A DNA stretch of 64,000 nt from an uncultured Pelagibacteraceae bacterium (GCA_902554765.1 CACDPY010000003.1:1175-65174), one strand, 5' to 3'. Shown: positions 26,896-37,996, numbered from the stretch's first letter. The notes: generated from the sequence alone by a model not told the origin. Numbers and translations: made by a program.

Positions 26896-29565
26896 TTAAA
26901 TCATATTTCGAAGAACATATTGAAGTATGCCTCCATTTTTATAATATTCTAATTCATTTTTAGTATCTATCCTACATAATGTTTCAACAATCTTTATATC
27001 ACCAGTCAAATACTTTATTTCTAATTTAACTTTGTCAGATGGTTTAATACCTTTTTCAATATCAACTACACTTATTAATTCTGAACCTAATAATTTTAAG
27101 TTTATCCTGTTAACATTATCAATAAATTGTAATGGTAAAATACCCATACCAATTAAATTTGATCTATGAATTCTTTCAAAACTTTCTGCGATTACAGCTT
27201 TTACTCCAAGTAATTTAGTTCCTTTTGCTGCCCAATCTCTAGATGACCCTGTTCCATATTCCTTACCACCAATTACAACCAAATCTGTTCCTCTCTTTTT
27301 ATACTCCACAACTGCATCATAAACTGGCATTACTTTTGCTTCTGGATAGAGTTTTGTATATCCCCCTTCTGTTCCTGGGGCCATTTCGTTTCTTATTCTT
27401 ATATTTGCAAAAGTACCTCTCATCATTACCTCGTGATTTCCCCTTCTTGATCCATAAGAATTATAATCTTTAGGCAATATCTGGTGTTCCATAAAATATT
27501 CACCTGTTGGACTTTCTTTTTGAATATTACCAGCAGGTGAAATATGATCAGTTGTTACCATGTCTCCTAAAATTAACAAAGGTCTTGCATCTTTAATCTT
27601 TTTAAACCCTTCTGGCTGATCTGGTAGGTTGTCAAAAAATGGAGGTTTTTTTACATAAGTTGAGTTCTCTTCCCAATTATAAATACTACTTTTTTCAGTT
27701 TTAATCTGTTGCCATTGCTTTGGTCCTTCCGAAACATTTGAATATCTTTTAACAAACATTTCAGCATTTAATGCTAGTTTTAAAGTTTCCTCTATTTCTT
27801 TGTTTGATGGCCAAATATCTTTCATAAAAATTTCTTTTCCATTCTTATTTTTTCCTAAAGAGTCTTTGTATAAATCAAACTCCATGTGACCAGCCAATGC
27901 ATAAGCTACTACCAAAGGAGGTGATGCTAAATAATTTGCTTTAATATGTGGTGATATTCTTCCTTCAAAATTTCTATTTCCTGACAAAACTGAGACTGCA
28001 TAAATATTTTCTTTTTGTATTGCTTCTACTATATTATCAGATAGTGGGCCTGAATTCCCAATACAAGTGGTACAACCGTAGCCCACAAGATTAAAGCCAA
28101 GTTTATCTAAATATACATTTAAACCTGCTTTTTTTAAGTAATCTGTGACAACTTGAGATCCTGGTGCTAATGATGTTTTAACCCAAGGTTTAACTTCTAA
28201 ACCTAATTCCACTGCTTTTTTTGCAAGTAATCCTGCTCCAATAAGTACATTCGGATTAGATGTATTTGTACACGAAGTTATTGCTGCAATTAAAATTGAT
28301 CCATCTTTAATTTCATAATCTGTATTTGGAACCTTTGAAACAGAAATGTTATTTCTTTTTGTAATTTCAGAATAACTTTTTTTAAAACTTTTAGAAGCGT
28401 CTGTAAGTAAAACTTTATCTTGTGGTCTTTTAGGACCTGAAATTGTGGGCACTATGGTAGACATATCTAAAGTTAAAGTGTCTGAAAACTCAATATCATC
28501 ACTTGCCCATAATCCTTGAATTTTTGCATATTCCTCAACAATATTAACGATTGACTGACTCCTTCCTGAAAATTTTAAGTATTTTAAAGTTTCATTATCA
28601 ATTGGAAAAAAACCACATGTCGCACCATACTCAGGTGCCATATTAGCTATAGTTGCACGATCTGCTAATGTTAAATTTTTTAATCCTTCTCCAAAAAATT
28701 CAACAAATTTACCAACCACACCTTTGTCTCTAAGCATCTTAACAACTGTTAAAACTAAATCAGTTGCAGTTGTTCCTTCGGGCATTTTATTCTTTACTTC
28801 AAATCCTATTACTTCAGGAATCAACATAGATATTGGTTGACCTAACATACCAGCTTCAGCCTCTATACCACCAACACCCCAGCCAAGAACTGATAAACCA
28901 TTCACCATAGTCGTATGACTATCGGTTCCAACTAATGTGTCTGGAAAAAGATAATTTTCACCATTAAACTCATCGCTCCAAACTACTTTGGACAAATACT
29001 CTAAATTTACTTGATGGCAAATACCTGTTCCAGGTGGAACAATTCTAAAATTATTAAATGCTTGTTGTCCCCACTTTAAAAAAGAATATCTTTCACCATT
29101 TCTATTAAATTCAATCTCTACATTTTTATCAAAAGAATCTGCTTTTGCAGATTGATCAACTTGCACTGAATGATCTATTACTAAATCAACAGCAGAAAGA
29201 GGATTAATTGTATTAGGGTCTTTATTTTTTTCTTTAACAGCTTCACGCATTGCAGCTAAATCTGCGACTGCAGGGATACCTGTATAATCCTGAAGTAAAA
29301 CTCTTGCGGGTCTATATGCAATCTCAGTTTTGGATTTTTTTTCCTTAAGCCAGTTTTTAATTGCTTCAATTTGACTTTTATTTACAGATAAGTCGTCCTC
29401 GTATCTAAGGAGATTTTCAAGAAGCACTTTAAGCGATTTGGGTAATTTTGATATACCGTCTAAGCCATTAGACTCAGCTTTTTGAAGAGAAAAAATTTTA
29501 AATTTTTTATCATTAATTTTTATATCAGTTAATGAGTTGTATGAATTTTTTGTCCCTGGTTTCAT
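26896..29565 (-). CDS. acnA: Aconitate hydratase A
   Basis: QDYTG, GTDSHT, ITSCTNTSNP, GCTTCIGN, GSSRDWA. Confidence 0.97.
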   Translation of the reverse strand: MKPGTKNSYNSLTDIKINDKKFKIFSLQKAESNGLDGISKLPKSLKVLLENLLRYEDDLSVNKSQIEAIKNWLKEKKSKTEIAYRPARVLLQDYTGIPAVADLAAMREAVKEKNKDPNTINPLSAVDLVIDHSVQVDQSAKADSFDKNVEIEFNRNGERYSFLKWGQQAFNNFRIVPPGTGICHQVNLEYLSKVVWSDEFNGENYLFPDTLVGTDSHTTMVNGLSVLGWGVGGIEAEAGMLGQPISMLIPEVIGFEVKNKMPEGTTATDLVLTVVKMLRDKGVVGKFVEFFGEGLKNLTLADRATIANMAPEYGATCGFFPIDNETLKYLKFSGRSQSIVNIVEEYAKIQGLWASDDIEFSDTLTLDMSTIVPTISGPKRPQDKVLLTDASKSFKKSYSEITKRNNISVSKVPNTDYEIKDGSILIAAITSCTNTSNPNVLIGAGLLAKKAVELGLEVKPWVKTSLAPGSQVVTDYLKKAGLNVYLDKLGFNLVGYGCTTCIGNSGPLSDNIVEAIQKENIYAVSVLSGNRNFEGRISPHIKANYLASPPLVVAYALAGHMEFDLYKDSLGKNKNGKEIFMKDIWPSNKEIEETLKLALNAEMFVKRYSNVSEGPKQWQQIKTEKSSIYNWEENSTYVKKPPFFDNLPDQPEGFKKIKDARPLLILGDMVTTDHISPAGNIQKESPTGEYFMEHQILPKDYNSYGSRRGNHEVMMRGTFANIRIRNEMAPGTEGGYTKLYPEAKVMPVYDAVVEYKKRGTDLVVIGGKEYGTGSSRDWAAKGTKLLGVKAVIAESFERIHRSNLIGMGILPLQFIDNVNRINLKLLGSELISVVDIEKGIKPSDKVKLEIKYLTGDIKIVETLCRIDTKNELEYYKNGGILQYVLRNMI

Positions 29566-29568
29566 ATT

Positions 29569-30162
29569 TTATATATAAAATGTAATAATGCTTAATAAAA
29601 GAAGCACTGACATAACACAATTAAAGTATTTAATAAATTTATCATTTGTCGCGAATTTTCTAAGATATTTGCCTACAAATGTCCAAAAAGTAATACTACT
29701 AAGAGATACTAGAAACGCAAACACAATAACTTGAGTCGCATAATTTAAATAATACTCTCCTTGTTCAACATAAGTTGAAACGATTATTATTCCAATTAAT
29801 ACACCTTTTGGATTAAAAAACTGAAATAAAAAAGTTTCTATGAATTTGACTGGATTATTACTTTTATTTTCTCTATCTATTTTTGATACATAAATTTTAT
29901 AAGACAAATAAATTAAAAATAAACTTCCAAGATATTTTAAAAAATCTTGTATAATTGGAAATATCTTAAACACATTAACTAAACCGACTATTAATAAAAA
30001 AATTAAAAAAGTAAATCCTAAAGTAACTCCAAAAATATGGGGTAATGTTTTCTTTATTCCAAAATTAAAACCTGAGTATGATGCAATTACATTATTTGGG
30101 CCAGGGGTATATGCAGCTACTATCCAAAATAAAGCCATAGATAATATTTCAGGATGCATCAA
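29569..30162 (-). CDS. LysE family translocator
   Basis: TPGPNN, FQFFNPKG, about 6 TM helices. Confidence 0.88.
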   Translation of the reverse strand: MMHPEILSMALFWIVAAYTPGPNNVIASYSGFNFGIKKTLPHIFGVTLGFTFLIFLLIVGLVNVFKIFPIIQDFLKYLGSLFLIYLSYKIYVSKIDRENKSNNPVKFIETFLFQFFNPKGVLIGIIIVSTYVEQGEYYLNYATQVIVFAFLVSLSSITFWTFVGKYLRKFATNDKFIKYFNCVMSVLLLLSIITFYI

Positions 30163-30163
30163 T

Positions 30164-30505
30164 TCAAGCTACAGGAAGACCATTTTCAGATTTCTGAGAA
30201 GGATGTAATAAAATCACTTTTCCATCTTTATCAATTGAACCTAAGATTAAAACTTGAGAGACTATTCCAGCAATATTTTTTTCAGCAAAGTTACATACAC
30301 CTATGACTTGTTTACCTTTCAAATTTTCCTCATTATAGTAATGTGTAATTTGAGCAGAGGATTGTTTGATACCAATTTCATCGCCAAAATCTACCTCAAT
30401 GACTAAAGAGGGTTTTCTAGCTTTCTCATTTTTTTTGACTGAAATTACAGTTCCAACTCTAATATCAACTTTATCAAAAATATCATATGTTATTTGTTCT
30501 TTCAT
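30164..30505 (-). CDS. csaA: tRNA-binding OB-fold protein (CsaA)
   Basis: FDKVDIRVG, SSAQIT, N...K.IAG..SQVL.LG. Confidence 0.85.
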   Translation of the reverse strand: MKEQITYDIFDKVDIRVGTVISVKKNEKARKPSLVIEVDFGDEIGIKQSSAQITHYYNEENLKGKQVIGVCNFAEKNIAGIVSQVLILGSIDKDGKVILLHPSQKSENGLPVA

Positions 30506-30534
30506 AAATGCAATATTTATATTAATTATTAGTT

Positions 30535-31719
30535 ATGAGTACAGAAGTTAATTTAAAGGAGTTATATAACAATTCAGTTCAGATTTTAACTGATCTAATA
30601 GGTTTTAGAACAATTTCTGGAGAAGATAATAGTGCTTTAATAAATTATTGTGAAGACTATCTGCATAAGTTAGGTGCCTCATCTTTTAAAACGTTTGATA
30701 AAGAAAAAAAAAGAGTAAATCTTTTTGCCACTTTAAAAGCAAAAAAAACTAATGGTGTAAAACCAATAATTTTATCAGGACATACAGATACGGTGCCAGT
30801 TTCAAAAAGTTGGAGCACTGATCCATTCAAAGCTACTATAAAGGGTGACAAGCTTTATGGTAGAGGTTCGTGTGATATGAAAGGTTTTATAGCTTGCACT
30901 TTAGCGTTCGCTCCTATTTATGCTAAAATAGATTTAAATAGAGATATTCATTTTTGTTTTACTTTTGATGAGGAAACAGCTTGTTTAGGAGCTCCAATAT
31001 TAATTGAAGAATTAAAAAAAAGAAAAATTCAAGATGGTATTTGCATAATAGGTGAACCAACAAAAATGAAAATTATTGATGCTCATAAAGGATGTTATGA
31101 GTACACAACTTATTTTGAGGGTTTGGCGGGTCATAGTTCAGCACCTCACAAGGGAGTGAGTGCAGTAGAATTTGCTGCAAGATATGCAAATAGATTAATT
31201 GAACTTAGAGAACAACTTAAAAAAAGATCTCCAAAAGACTCAATTTTTGATCCTCCGTTCTCAACTTTACAAGTAGGTGGAATTTTTGGTGGAATAGCAC
31301 ACAATGTAATTGCAGATAAATGCCATATCAATTGGGAAACAAGACCAGTTATTAAAGAAGACGGAATATTTTTAAATAGTGAAATTGATAAATATGCAAA
31401 TGAAATTTTATTACCAGAAATGAAAAAAGTGTTTTCTAAATCTAATATAAAAAAAGAAATTATTGGCGAAGTTACAGGTTTTGATCGTGTTAAAAAATCT
31501 GAAGCATGTGAGTTAGTTGCTAGTTTAACTGGTGATAATTCAAGAGAAGTAGTTTCATTTGGAACTGAAGCAGGTTTATTTCAGGAAATAGGGATTAGTA
31601 CAGTTGTATGTGGTCCTGGCTCGATAGAACAAGCACACAAAGTTGATGAGTTTATAGAGCTTAATGAATTAAAAAAATGTATTAAATTTTTAGATGGTTT
31701 AAAGTCTAGGTCTATTTAA
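30535..31719 (+). CDS. argE: Acetylornithine deacetylase (M20 family)
   Basis: SGHTDTVP, GRGSCDMKG, DEE, GEPT, GTEAG, AHKVDE. Confidence 0.88.
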   Translation: MSTEVNLKELYNNSVQILTDLIGFRTISGEDNSALINYCEDYLHKLGASSFKTFDKEKKRVNLFATLKAKKTNGVKPIILSGHTDTVPVSKSWSTDPFKATIKGDKLYGRGSCDMKGFIACTLAFAPIYAKIDLNRDIHFCFTFDEETACLGAPILIEELKKRKIQDGICIIGEPTKMKIIDAHKGCYEYTTYFEGLAGHSSAPHKGVSAVEFAARYANRLIELREQLKKRSPKDSIFDPPFSTLQVGGIFGGIAHNVIADKCHINWETRPVIKEDGIFLNSEIDKYANEILLPEMKKVFSKSNIKKEIIGEVTGFDRVKKSEACELVASLTGDNSREVVSFGTEAGLFQEIGISTVVCGPGSIEQAHKVDEFIELNELKKCIKFLDGLKSRSI

Positions 31720-31934
31720 CAAAATTAAGTTTTAAAACTTATCTTTTCTCCTCTAAATTTTTCGTTATAACTAGTTAATTTTTATTTAAAGGAGAAAAGT
31801 TTTTGAATTAAATAAAGATTAGTAATTTTTAAACGAATTACAAATAAACAATTATTTAGCAATGTTTGATAAATAACAGTTATCTATCATAAATTACCTT
31901 GAACCTAAAATGAACACTTAACGATTATTCAAAA

Positions 31935-33371
31935 CTAATTATTCCAGCCTCCAACTGCTTTGACTTCTAAGAATTCCTCAAGTCCGTGTTCACCTGCTTC
32001 TCTACCAATGCCTGAGTGTTTAAAGCCACCGAAAGGAGCGTCAACTGCTATACCAGCTCCATTAACATCCACCATTCCTGATCTTAATTTTCTTGCAACT
32101 CTTTTAACTTTTTCTTTATCTTGCGTTTGAATATAATTTGTTAAACCATAAGGAGTATCATTAGCAATTTGAATTGCTTCTTCCTCTGATTCAAAAGGTA
32201 TTACAGATAACACGGGTCCAAAAATTTCTGTTCTCGCAATGTCCATGTCATTATTAACATCAGCGAACACTGTAGGTTTTACAAAGTATCCTTTTTCTAA
32301 ACCCTCAGGTTTACCAGGTCCTCCAGCAACTAATTTTGCACCTTCGTCTATTCCTTTTTTTATTAAAGATTGAATTTTGCTATATTGAGTTTCAGAGATG
32401 ACAGGACCTATATGTTCACCTTCTTTTTTTGGGTCGCCTACTTCAAATTTTTCTGTATATTTTTTTAATCTTTCTATTGCTTCATTGTACATTGATTTTT
32501 CTACAAGCATTCTTGTTGGCGCGTTACATGATTGACCTGAGTTTCTAAAACATCTTAAGGCACCTCTTTCAATTGCCTCAGGGTCAGCATCTTTAAATAT
32601 AATATTTGCACCTTTACCACCTAACTCTAAGCTAACTCTTTTAAAATCTTTGGCAGCATTTTGTGAAATTAAAGCACCAGCTCTGGTAGACCCAGTAAAA
32701 GAGATCATATTAATATCTGGATGACTAGTAAGTGCATCACCAGTTGTAGCTCCATCTCCGTTTACTAAATTAAATACCCCTGCCGGAAATTTTGTATCAT
32801 CAATTAACTCTGCCAAAATCATTGATGATAATGGTGCAAGTTCAGATGGTTTTAAGACCATTGTACAACCAGATGCTAATGCAGGCATTACCTTTAGGCA
32901 GACTTGGTTCATTGGCCAGTTCCATGGTGTTATTAAAGCGCAAACTCCCTTGGGTTCATAAATTAACCTTTGATTTGGGGCATGTTCTCCTAATGGCTTT
33001 TCAAATTCAAATTTTTTTAAATATCTAATAAAAGATTTTAAGTGAGCTGCACCAGTGCCTGCTTGTAATTTTGTTGCAAAATCTTTTGGTGCACCCATTT
33101 CAGTAGTAATTGCCACTGCAATATCTGCCCATCTTTTTTTATAATTTTCGTAAAGTTTTTCTAATAACTTTATTCTTTCTTCTTTTGTTGAAAATGACCA
33201 CGTACTATATGCTTTTTTAGCTGAACTAACTGCTAGATCAACATCCTCTTTGTTTCCTAAAGATATAACTGCACAACTTTCCTCTGTAGCGGGATTTATT
33301 ACTTTAATTTCTTCTTTACTTTTTGGTGCAATCCATTTTCCATCAATATAAAAATTTTTTTTATTTTCCAT
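31935..33371 (-). CDS. Aldehyde dehydrogenase
   Basis: PWNWP, FTGS, LELGGK, NSGQSC, EIFGP. Confidence 0.93.
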   Translation of the reverse strand: MENKKNFYIDGKWIAPKSKEEIKVINPATEESCAVISLGNKEDVDLAVSSAKKAYSTWSFSTKEERIKLLEKLYENYKKRWADIAVAITTEMGAPKDFATKLQAGTGAAHLKSFIRYLKKFEFEKPLGEHAPNQRLIYEPKGVCALITPWNWPMNQVCLKVMPALASGCTMVLKPSELAPLSSMILAELIDDTKFPAGVFNLVNGDGATTGDALTSHPDINMISFTGSTRAGALISQNAAKDFKRVSLELGGKGANIIFKDADPEAIERGALRCFRNSGQSCNAPTRMLVEKSMYNEAIERLKKYTEKFEVGDPKKEGEHIGPVISETQYSKIQSLIKKGIDEGAKLVAGGPGKPEGLEKGYFVKPTVFADVNNDMDIARTEIFGPVLSVIPFESEEEAIQIANDTPYGLTNYIQTQDKEKVKRVARKLRSGMVDVNGAGIAVDAPFGGFKHSGIGREAGEHGLEEFLEVKAVGGWNN

Positions 33372-33391
33372 TTCAGACTACTAACCTTTCT

Positions 33392-34351
33392 TTATTTTTT
33401 TGCAAACAAATTAGTTAATTCATATACAATTGTAGCAGCTGCTAGTGAAGTAACTTCTGCATGATCATATGCGGGTGAAACTTCTACTACGTCAGCGGAA
33501 ATAAGGTTTAGACCTGACAGTCCACGAATAACATTAACCATTTCTCTTGTAGTCATTCCAGCAATTTCTGGAGTGCCTGTTCCAGGTGCAAAAGCAGGAT
33601 CTAAAACATCAATATCAATTGATAGATAAAGAGGGTTGTTCCCTACTCTTTTTTTAATTCTTTCTGCAATTTTATCTGTTCCTTGTGTTTGAAATTCATC
33701 ACAATGAATGATCTTAAATCCAAAACTTTCATCATTTTTAATATCATCTCTGCTATATAATGGACCTCTAATACCAACATGCATTGAAGCATCATCTAAA
33801 AATAAGTTTTCTTCTCTTGCTCTTCTAAAAGGAGTTCCATGCGTATATGGTGCACCAAAGTAAGTGTCCCATGTATCTAAGTGCGCATCAAAATGAACTA
33901 GAGCTACTGGACCGTTGTTGATTTTATTTATTGCTTTAAGCAAAGGAAAAGCAATTGTATGATCACCACCAAGGCTTATAATTCCACCAACTTTATTTAA
34001 TAATTCCTCAGCACCAATCTCAATTTGTTTAATTGCTTCATTAATATTAAATGGATTACAAGTGATATCACCTGCATCTGCAACTTGTTGGACTTTAAAA
34101 GGCTCTACATCATAGCTTGGGTGATAATTTGTTCGTAAATGCCTTGAAGCTTGTCTTATACTTTGAGGGCCAAATCTTGCACCTGGTCTATAACTTGTAC
34201 CAGCATCAAACGGAATTCCAACAATTGCTACATCACAACTTTCGACATCTCTTAGTTCGGGTAATCTTGCAAATGTTGAGGGACCAGCAAACCGCGGTAC
34301 TTTAGTTCCACTTACAGGTTGGATTGGATCTTTATTTCTTTTTTTTTTCAC
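33392..34351 (-). CDS. speB: Agmatinase / ureohydrolase family
   Basis: GARFGP, GGDHT, DAHLD, HGTPF, SIDIDVLDP; GTG start. Confidence 0.88.
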   Translation of the reverse strand: MKKKRNKDPIQPVSGTKVPRFAGPSTFARLPELRDVESCDVAIVGIPFDAGTSYRPGARFGPQSIRQASRHLRTNYHPSYDVEPFKVQQVADAGDITCNPFNINEAIKQIEIGAEELLNKVGGIISLGGDHTIAFPLLKAINKINNGPVALVHFDAHLDTWDTYFGAPYTHGTPFRRAREENLFLDDASMHVGIRGPLYSRDDIKNDESFGFKIIHCDEFQTQGTDKIAERIKKRVGNNPLYLSIDIDVLDPAFAPGTGTPEIAGMTTREMVNVIRGLSGLNLISADVVEVSPAYDHAEVTSLAAATIVYELTNLFAKK

Positions 34352-34404
34352 AGTAAAACTGTATCACATTCTTTTAATTTGGAATATCTTCTAAATATAG
34401 ATTT

Positions 34405-35127
34405 ATGAACTTAATAAGATTAATTTTAATATCTTTATTTATCTTTACTCAGTTACAAGCTGATACAATTTATAATCTAATTAAAATTCCAAATCTCGAA
34501 ATTTATGAAATAAACAAGTCTAATAAACTAAGATATCTTTATGCTAAACAGCCTTTCACAATTGGAATAGACAATAATATTAATTGTTTTAATTCAGAAA
34601 AAAAAATTTTAGATGAAAAATATAAAATAATCCAAAAAAATTTGGATAGATATAATCAAAAATTTTTAAAAAAAATTAATCTTAAATATATAGTTCTTTG
34701 TGAGGATTTATCTATTTCAAATATTAATACTGCCGGGATACCTGATAATGTAATGAAAACTTTAATACTAGATGTAAAATTTAATGAAAAATATTTTGAA
34801 AGAGTAATTCATCATGAGGTATTTCATATTATAAACGATAGTTTCAAAGAAGTATTTGATGAAAAAGTATGGTCTGATTTTAATGTAAAAGATTTCAAAT
34901 ATGCAGAATGTTCAACTTGCACTGATAAAATAGGATTGGATACTTATAAAAAAACAGAGGGTTTTTTTACAGAATATTCTAGATCAACAGCTTCAGAAGA
35001 TATGGCTGAAGTATTTTCACATTTAATGATTGATTCAAACCCTGATAATATTGATCCAATTTTAGAAAAAAAGATACAATTCATAAAAAATAATTTATTA
35101 AAAATTGATGAGAATTTTATTTTATGA
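34405..35127 (+). CDS. Putative secreted zinc-binding metallopeptidase
   Basis: Signal peptide, HHEVFH, EDMAE. Confidence 0.72.
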   Translation: MNLIRLILISLFIFTQLQADTIYNLIKIPNLEIYEINKSNKLRYLYAKQPFTIGIDNNINCFNSEKKILDEKYKIIQKNLDRYNQKFLKKINLKYIVLCEDLSISNINTAGIPDNVMKTLILDVKFNEKYFERVIHHEVFHIINDSFKEVFDEKVWSDFNVKDFKYAECSTCTDKIGLDTYKKTEGFFTEYSRSTASEDMAEVFSHLMIDSNPDNIDPILEKKIQFIKNNLLKIDENFIL

Positions 35128-35771
35128 TTCAAAAGATTAAAGCTTCCAAATCAGAAAAAATAATTTTAATTTTCATAATTTGTTTAGCTATTTTTTCTTT
35201 AGGTTCTTTCCTTTTGATTAAAGATAAGTGTTTGTTTGTTAAAAATTATGATCCTAAAAAAATTAAATTTGATAAACCCAATAATATTGCAGTACTAAAT
35301 GTACCTTGTGGAAATGTTATTATTGAGCTTTATCCTGAAATTTCTCCTAATGGAGTAAAAAGATTTATAACTTTAGTTAAGTCTAAAGCATATGATGATG
35401 TGGCTTTTCACAGAGTAATAAAAGATGCACTCGTGCAAGCTGGAGATTTAGAGTTTGGTAAAAAAGAAAATATAAATTATGGAAAAATTGGAACAGGTAA
35501 ATCTGGATTAGGAACTATTAATTCTGAAGTTGATGCTCCATTCAATTTTGAAAAAGGGAGTGTCGCCTTAGCTAGAACTCAAAAATACAACACTGAAGAT
35601 AGTCAATTTTTTATAGTATTGAGAGATGAGCCTTTATATGAAACTGAATACACTCCAATTGGTAAGGTAATTTATGGATTAAAAGCTTTGGAAAAAATTA
35701 AATATCTTGATAAATCACAATATGTTTTAAGACCTGACTATATAAATACTTTGAGAATGTTAATTGACTAA
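35124..35771 (+). CDS. Cyclophilin-type peptidyl-prolyl isomerase, membrane-anchored
   Basis: FHRVI, QAGD, VALAR, SQFFI. Confidence 0.88.
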   Translation: MIQKIKASKSEKIILIFIICLAIFSLGSFLLIKDKCLFVKNYDPKKIKFDKPNNIAVLNVPCGNVIIELYPEISPNGVKRFITLVKSKAYDDVAFHRVIKDALVQAGDLEFGKKENINYGKIGTGKSGLGTINSEVDAPFNFEKGSVALARTQKYNTEDSQFFIVLRDEPLYETEYTPIGKVIYGLKALEKIKYLDKSQYVLRPDYINTLRMLID

Positions 35772-37982
35772 AGGTTTTCCAGTTTTTAATGTGTGTTTAA
35801 TTCTATCTTGAGTTTTCTGAGTTTCCATTAATCTCATAAAGGCATCGAGTTCTAATTTAAATAAATCATCTTCAGATAGAGTTTTATCTATTGTGGTATC
35901 GCCTCCACTTAATACATGAGCTAATTCTTTAGCAACTAGAACTCCATGATCCAAAATAACTTTATCGTTATAAAGTTTTTCTAAAATTTTATCCATTTCT
36001 CCTCTAACTGCTTTTCCTGGAAGTTTAAATTGTAGTTCATTTGGTGTTTTAAAATCTTTGTTGTCTAAGAGAATCTTTTTTGAAACTTCTAATAAACTAT
36101 TTCTGTTCATTATTTTTTTATCACTAGGTCTTAAATATTTCATTGGTTCTGCCTCAACTGGTGAAGAAGCTGTTCTTCCATATCCTATAATATCAAAAAC
36201 TTTTAAGGGTGCATAATTAGGGTCTACTTTTGCTTCATTAGTATCTAGCCACCTAGCAAGCATTTCTTTACATCCTCCCCCTGCAGGAATTAAACCAACA
36301 AGAGTTTCAACTAATCCAACTACTATATTTGTGTGTGAGGCTACAAAATTACTTTGAACCATCACTTCAAATCCACCTCCCAAAGTTAATCCTGACGGAG
36401 CTGAAATAACTGGATATTTTGAATACTTCAAATGTTTGCAAGTTTCTTGAAAATATTTAATAAATTTTTCAATTGATTTGAAATCATTTTTATCTGCAAA
36501 CTCCATTGTATAAGTTAAGTTAACCCCAGCAGAAAATTGCATACTTTCATTTATAATTATCAATGGTTTATCTGTTGCATTTTTTAGTGCATCCATTGAA
36601 TCGTAATTCAAAGCGTTTGCTTTTGTTGTAAACTCGACAATGTTATAATCATTAAATCTATAGATTTTTGCAGAGTCGTTTCCATCTATACTTGAAGCAG
36701 TTTTTTTAACTTTCCCTAAAGTTTCTATGTTTGTGTATTTTTGTCTCTCACCATAAAAATCCTCGTTTTTGGTTTTTGATAAATTTTCTAAAAAACTGTT
36801 TCCAGTAAAATCATCAACTTTATCAAAAAAATTTTTAACGCCTATCTCCTCAAGCATCTCAAAAGGACCTTTAGCCCAGTTAAAACCTAGTCTCATTGCT
36901 TCATCAATGTCATTAAATTCTTTTGTAATACCCGGAACTAAAGAGGAAGCATATTTAATTATTTTAGACAGAACTGACCAGGCATAATCGCCATATTTAT
37001 CTTTTCGATTGATTAGTGTTCGTAGATCTACTTTATCTGATTTAATATCAATCTTTTTGCTGGGAGAGTAATCCCCAGTTTCAAGGTTGATAGCTTCCAT
37101 GATCTTACTGGCTCCAGTTTTGTTCATTCGATAGAAACCACCTTTACCTTTTCTTCCTGTATAGCCTGTTTCAATTAGTTTTTTTACTAATGGAATTTCT
37201 TTTGCAACTTCATGAAACTCATCTGTTTCTGGTAATTCTTTAATAAAGCTTTTCAATACATCGGCCATTAAATCAATACCAATTAAATCATACAATCCAA
37301 ATACGCCTGTTTTAGGAATACCCATCGGTCTTCCAAATATTGCATCTGCTTCTTCAACAGAAAGTTTCATTTTAAAAGCTTCAGTCATTGCAACTTGCAT
37401 CGCATAAACACCAACTCTGTTTCCTAAAAACCCTGGTGTATCATTACAAACTATTGCACCTTTGCCCAGTTCAATTTCACAAAATTCTTTTAATTCATTA
37501 ATTTTATTGAGATCATTATTTTCATTTTTAACAATTTCTAACAAACCCATATATCTGACAGGATTAAAAAAATGCGTAATACAAAAATCTTTTTTTTCAA
37601 CATCTGATAAATGTTCAGACAAAACTTTAATAGGAATTGAAGATGTATTTGATGAAACTATTGCACCATCTTTCCTTGCTTTAAATATCTTTTCATAAAT
37701 TTGATGTTTAATATCAATTCTTTCAACTACTGCTTCAACTATCCAATCGGCATCTTTTACAACATCAAAATCATCTGAAATATTTCCAACTTTAATATTA
37801 TTTATTTTTGATTTATCGATTAATAGAGGTGGCCTTGACTTATGGATTCTTTCTCTAGCTTTTTCACTAATCTCTGTTTTTAAATCAAGTAAAGTAACGG
37901 GCACATTAGCATTACACAGGTGAGCCGCAATACCACTGCCCATTGTTCCTGAGCCAATCACTACTACATTCTTAATTTTCAT
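35760..37982 (-). CDS. 3-hydroxyacyl-CoA dehydrogenase/enoyl-CoA hydratase (FadN-like)
   Basis: GSGTMGSG, EAVVE, SNTSS, HFFNP; C-terminal crotonase LGGGFE, P.GGG. Confidence 0.92.
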   Translation of the reverse strand: MKIKNVVVIGSGTMGSGIAAHLCNANVPVTLLDLKTEISEKARERIHKSRPPLLIDKSKINNIKVGNISDDFDVVKDADWIVEAVVERIDIKHQIYEKIFKARKDGAIVSSNTSSIPIKVLSEHLSDVEKKDFCITHFFNPVRYMGLLEIVKNENNDLNKINELKEFCEIELGKGAIVCNDTPGFLGNRVGVYAMQVAMTEAFKMKLSVEEADAIFGRPMGIPKTGVFGLYDLIGIDLMADVLKSFIKELPETDEFHEVAKEIPLVKKLIETGYTGRKGKGGFYRMNKTGASKIMEAINLETGDYSPSKKIDIKSDKVDLRTLINRKDKYGDYAWSVLSKIIKYASSLVPGITKEFNDIDEAMRLGFNWAKGPFEMLEEIGVKNFFDKVDDFTGNSFLENLSKTKNEDFYGERQKYTNIETLGKVKKTASSIDGNDSAKIYRFNDYNIVEFTTKANALNYDSMDALKNATDKPLIIINESMQFSAGVNLTYTMEFADKNDFKSIEKFIKYFQETCKHLKYSKYPVISAPSGLTLGGGFEVMVQSNFVASHTNIVVGLVETLVGLIPAGGGCKEMLARWLDTNEAKVDPNYAPLKVFDIIGYGRTASSPVEAEPMKYLRPSDKKIMNRNSLLEVSKKILLDNKDFKTPNELQFKLPGKAVRGEMDKILEKLYNDKVILDHGVLVAKELAHVLSGGDTTIDKTLSEDDLFKLELDAFMRLMETQKTQDRIKHTLKTGKPLVN

Positions 37983-37996
37983 GAAATATTTTCTTA

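Noticed and set aside
31852-31890. 12-codon minus-strand ORF (MIDNCYLSNIAK)
   Set aside because: Too short, no supporting features; expected by chance
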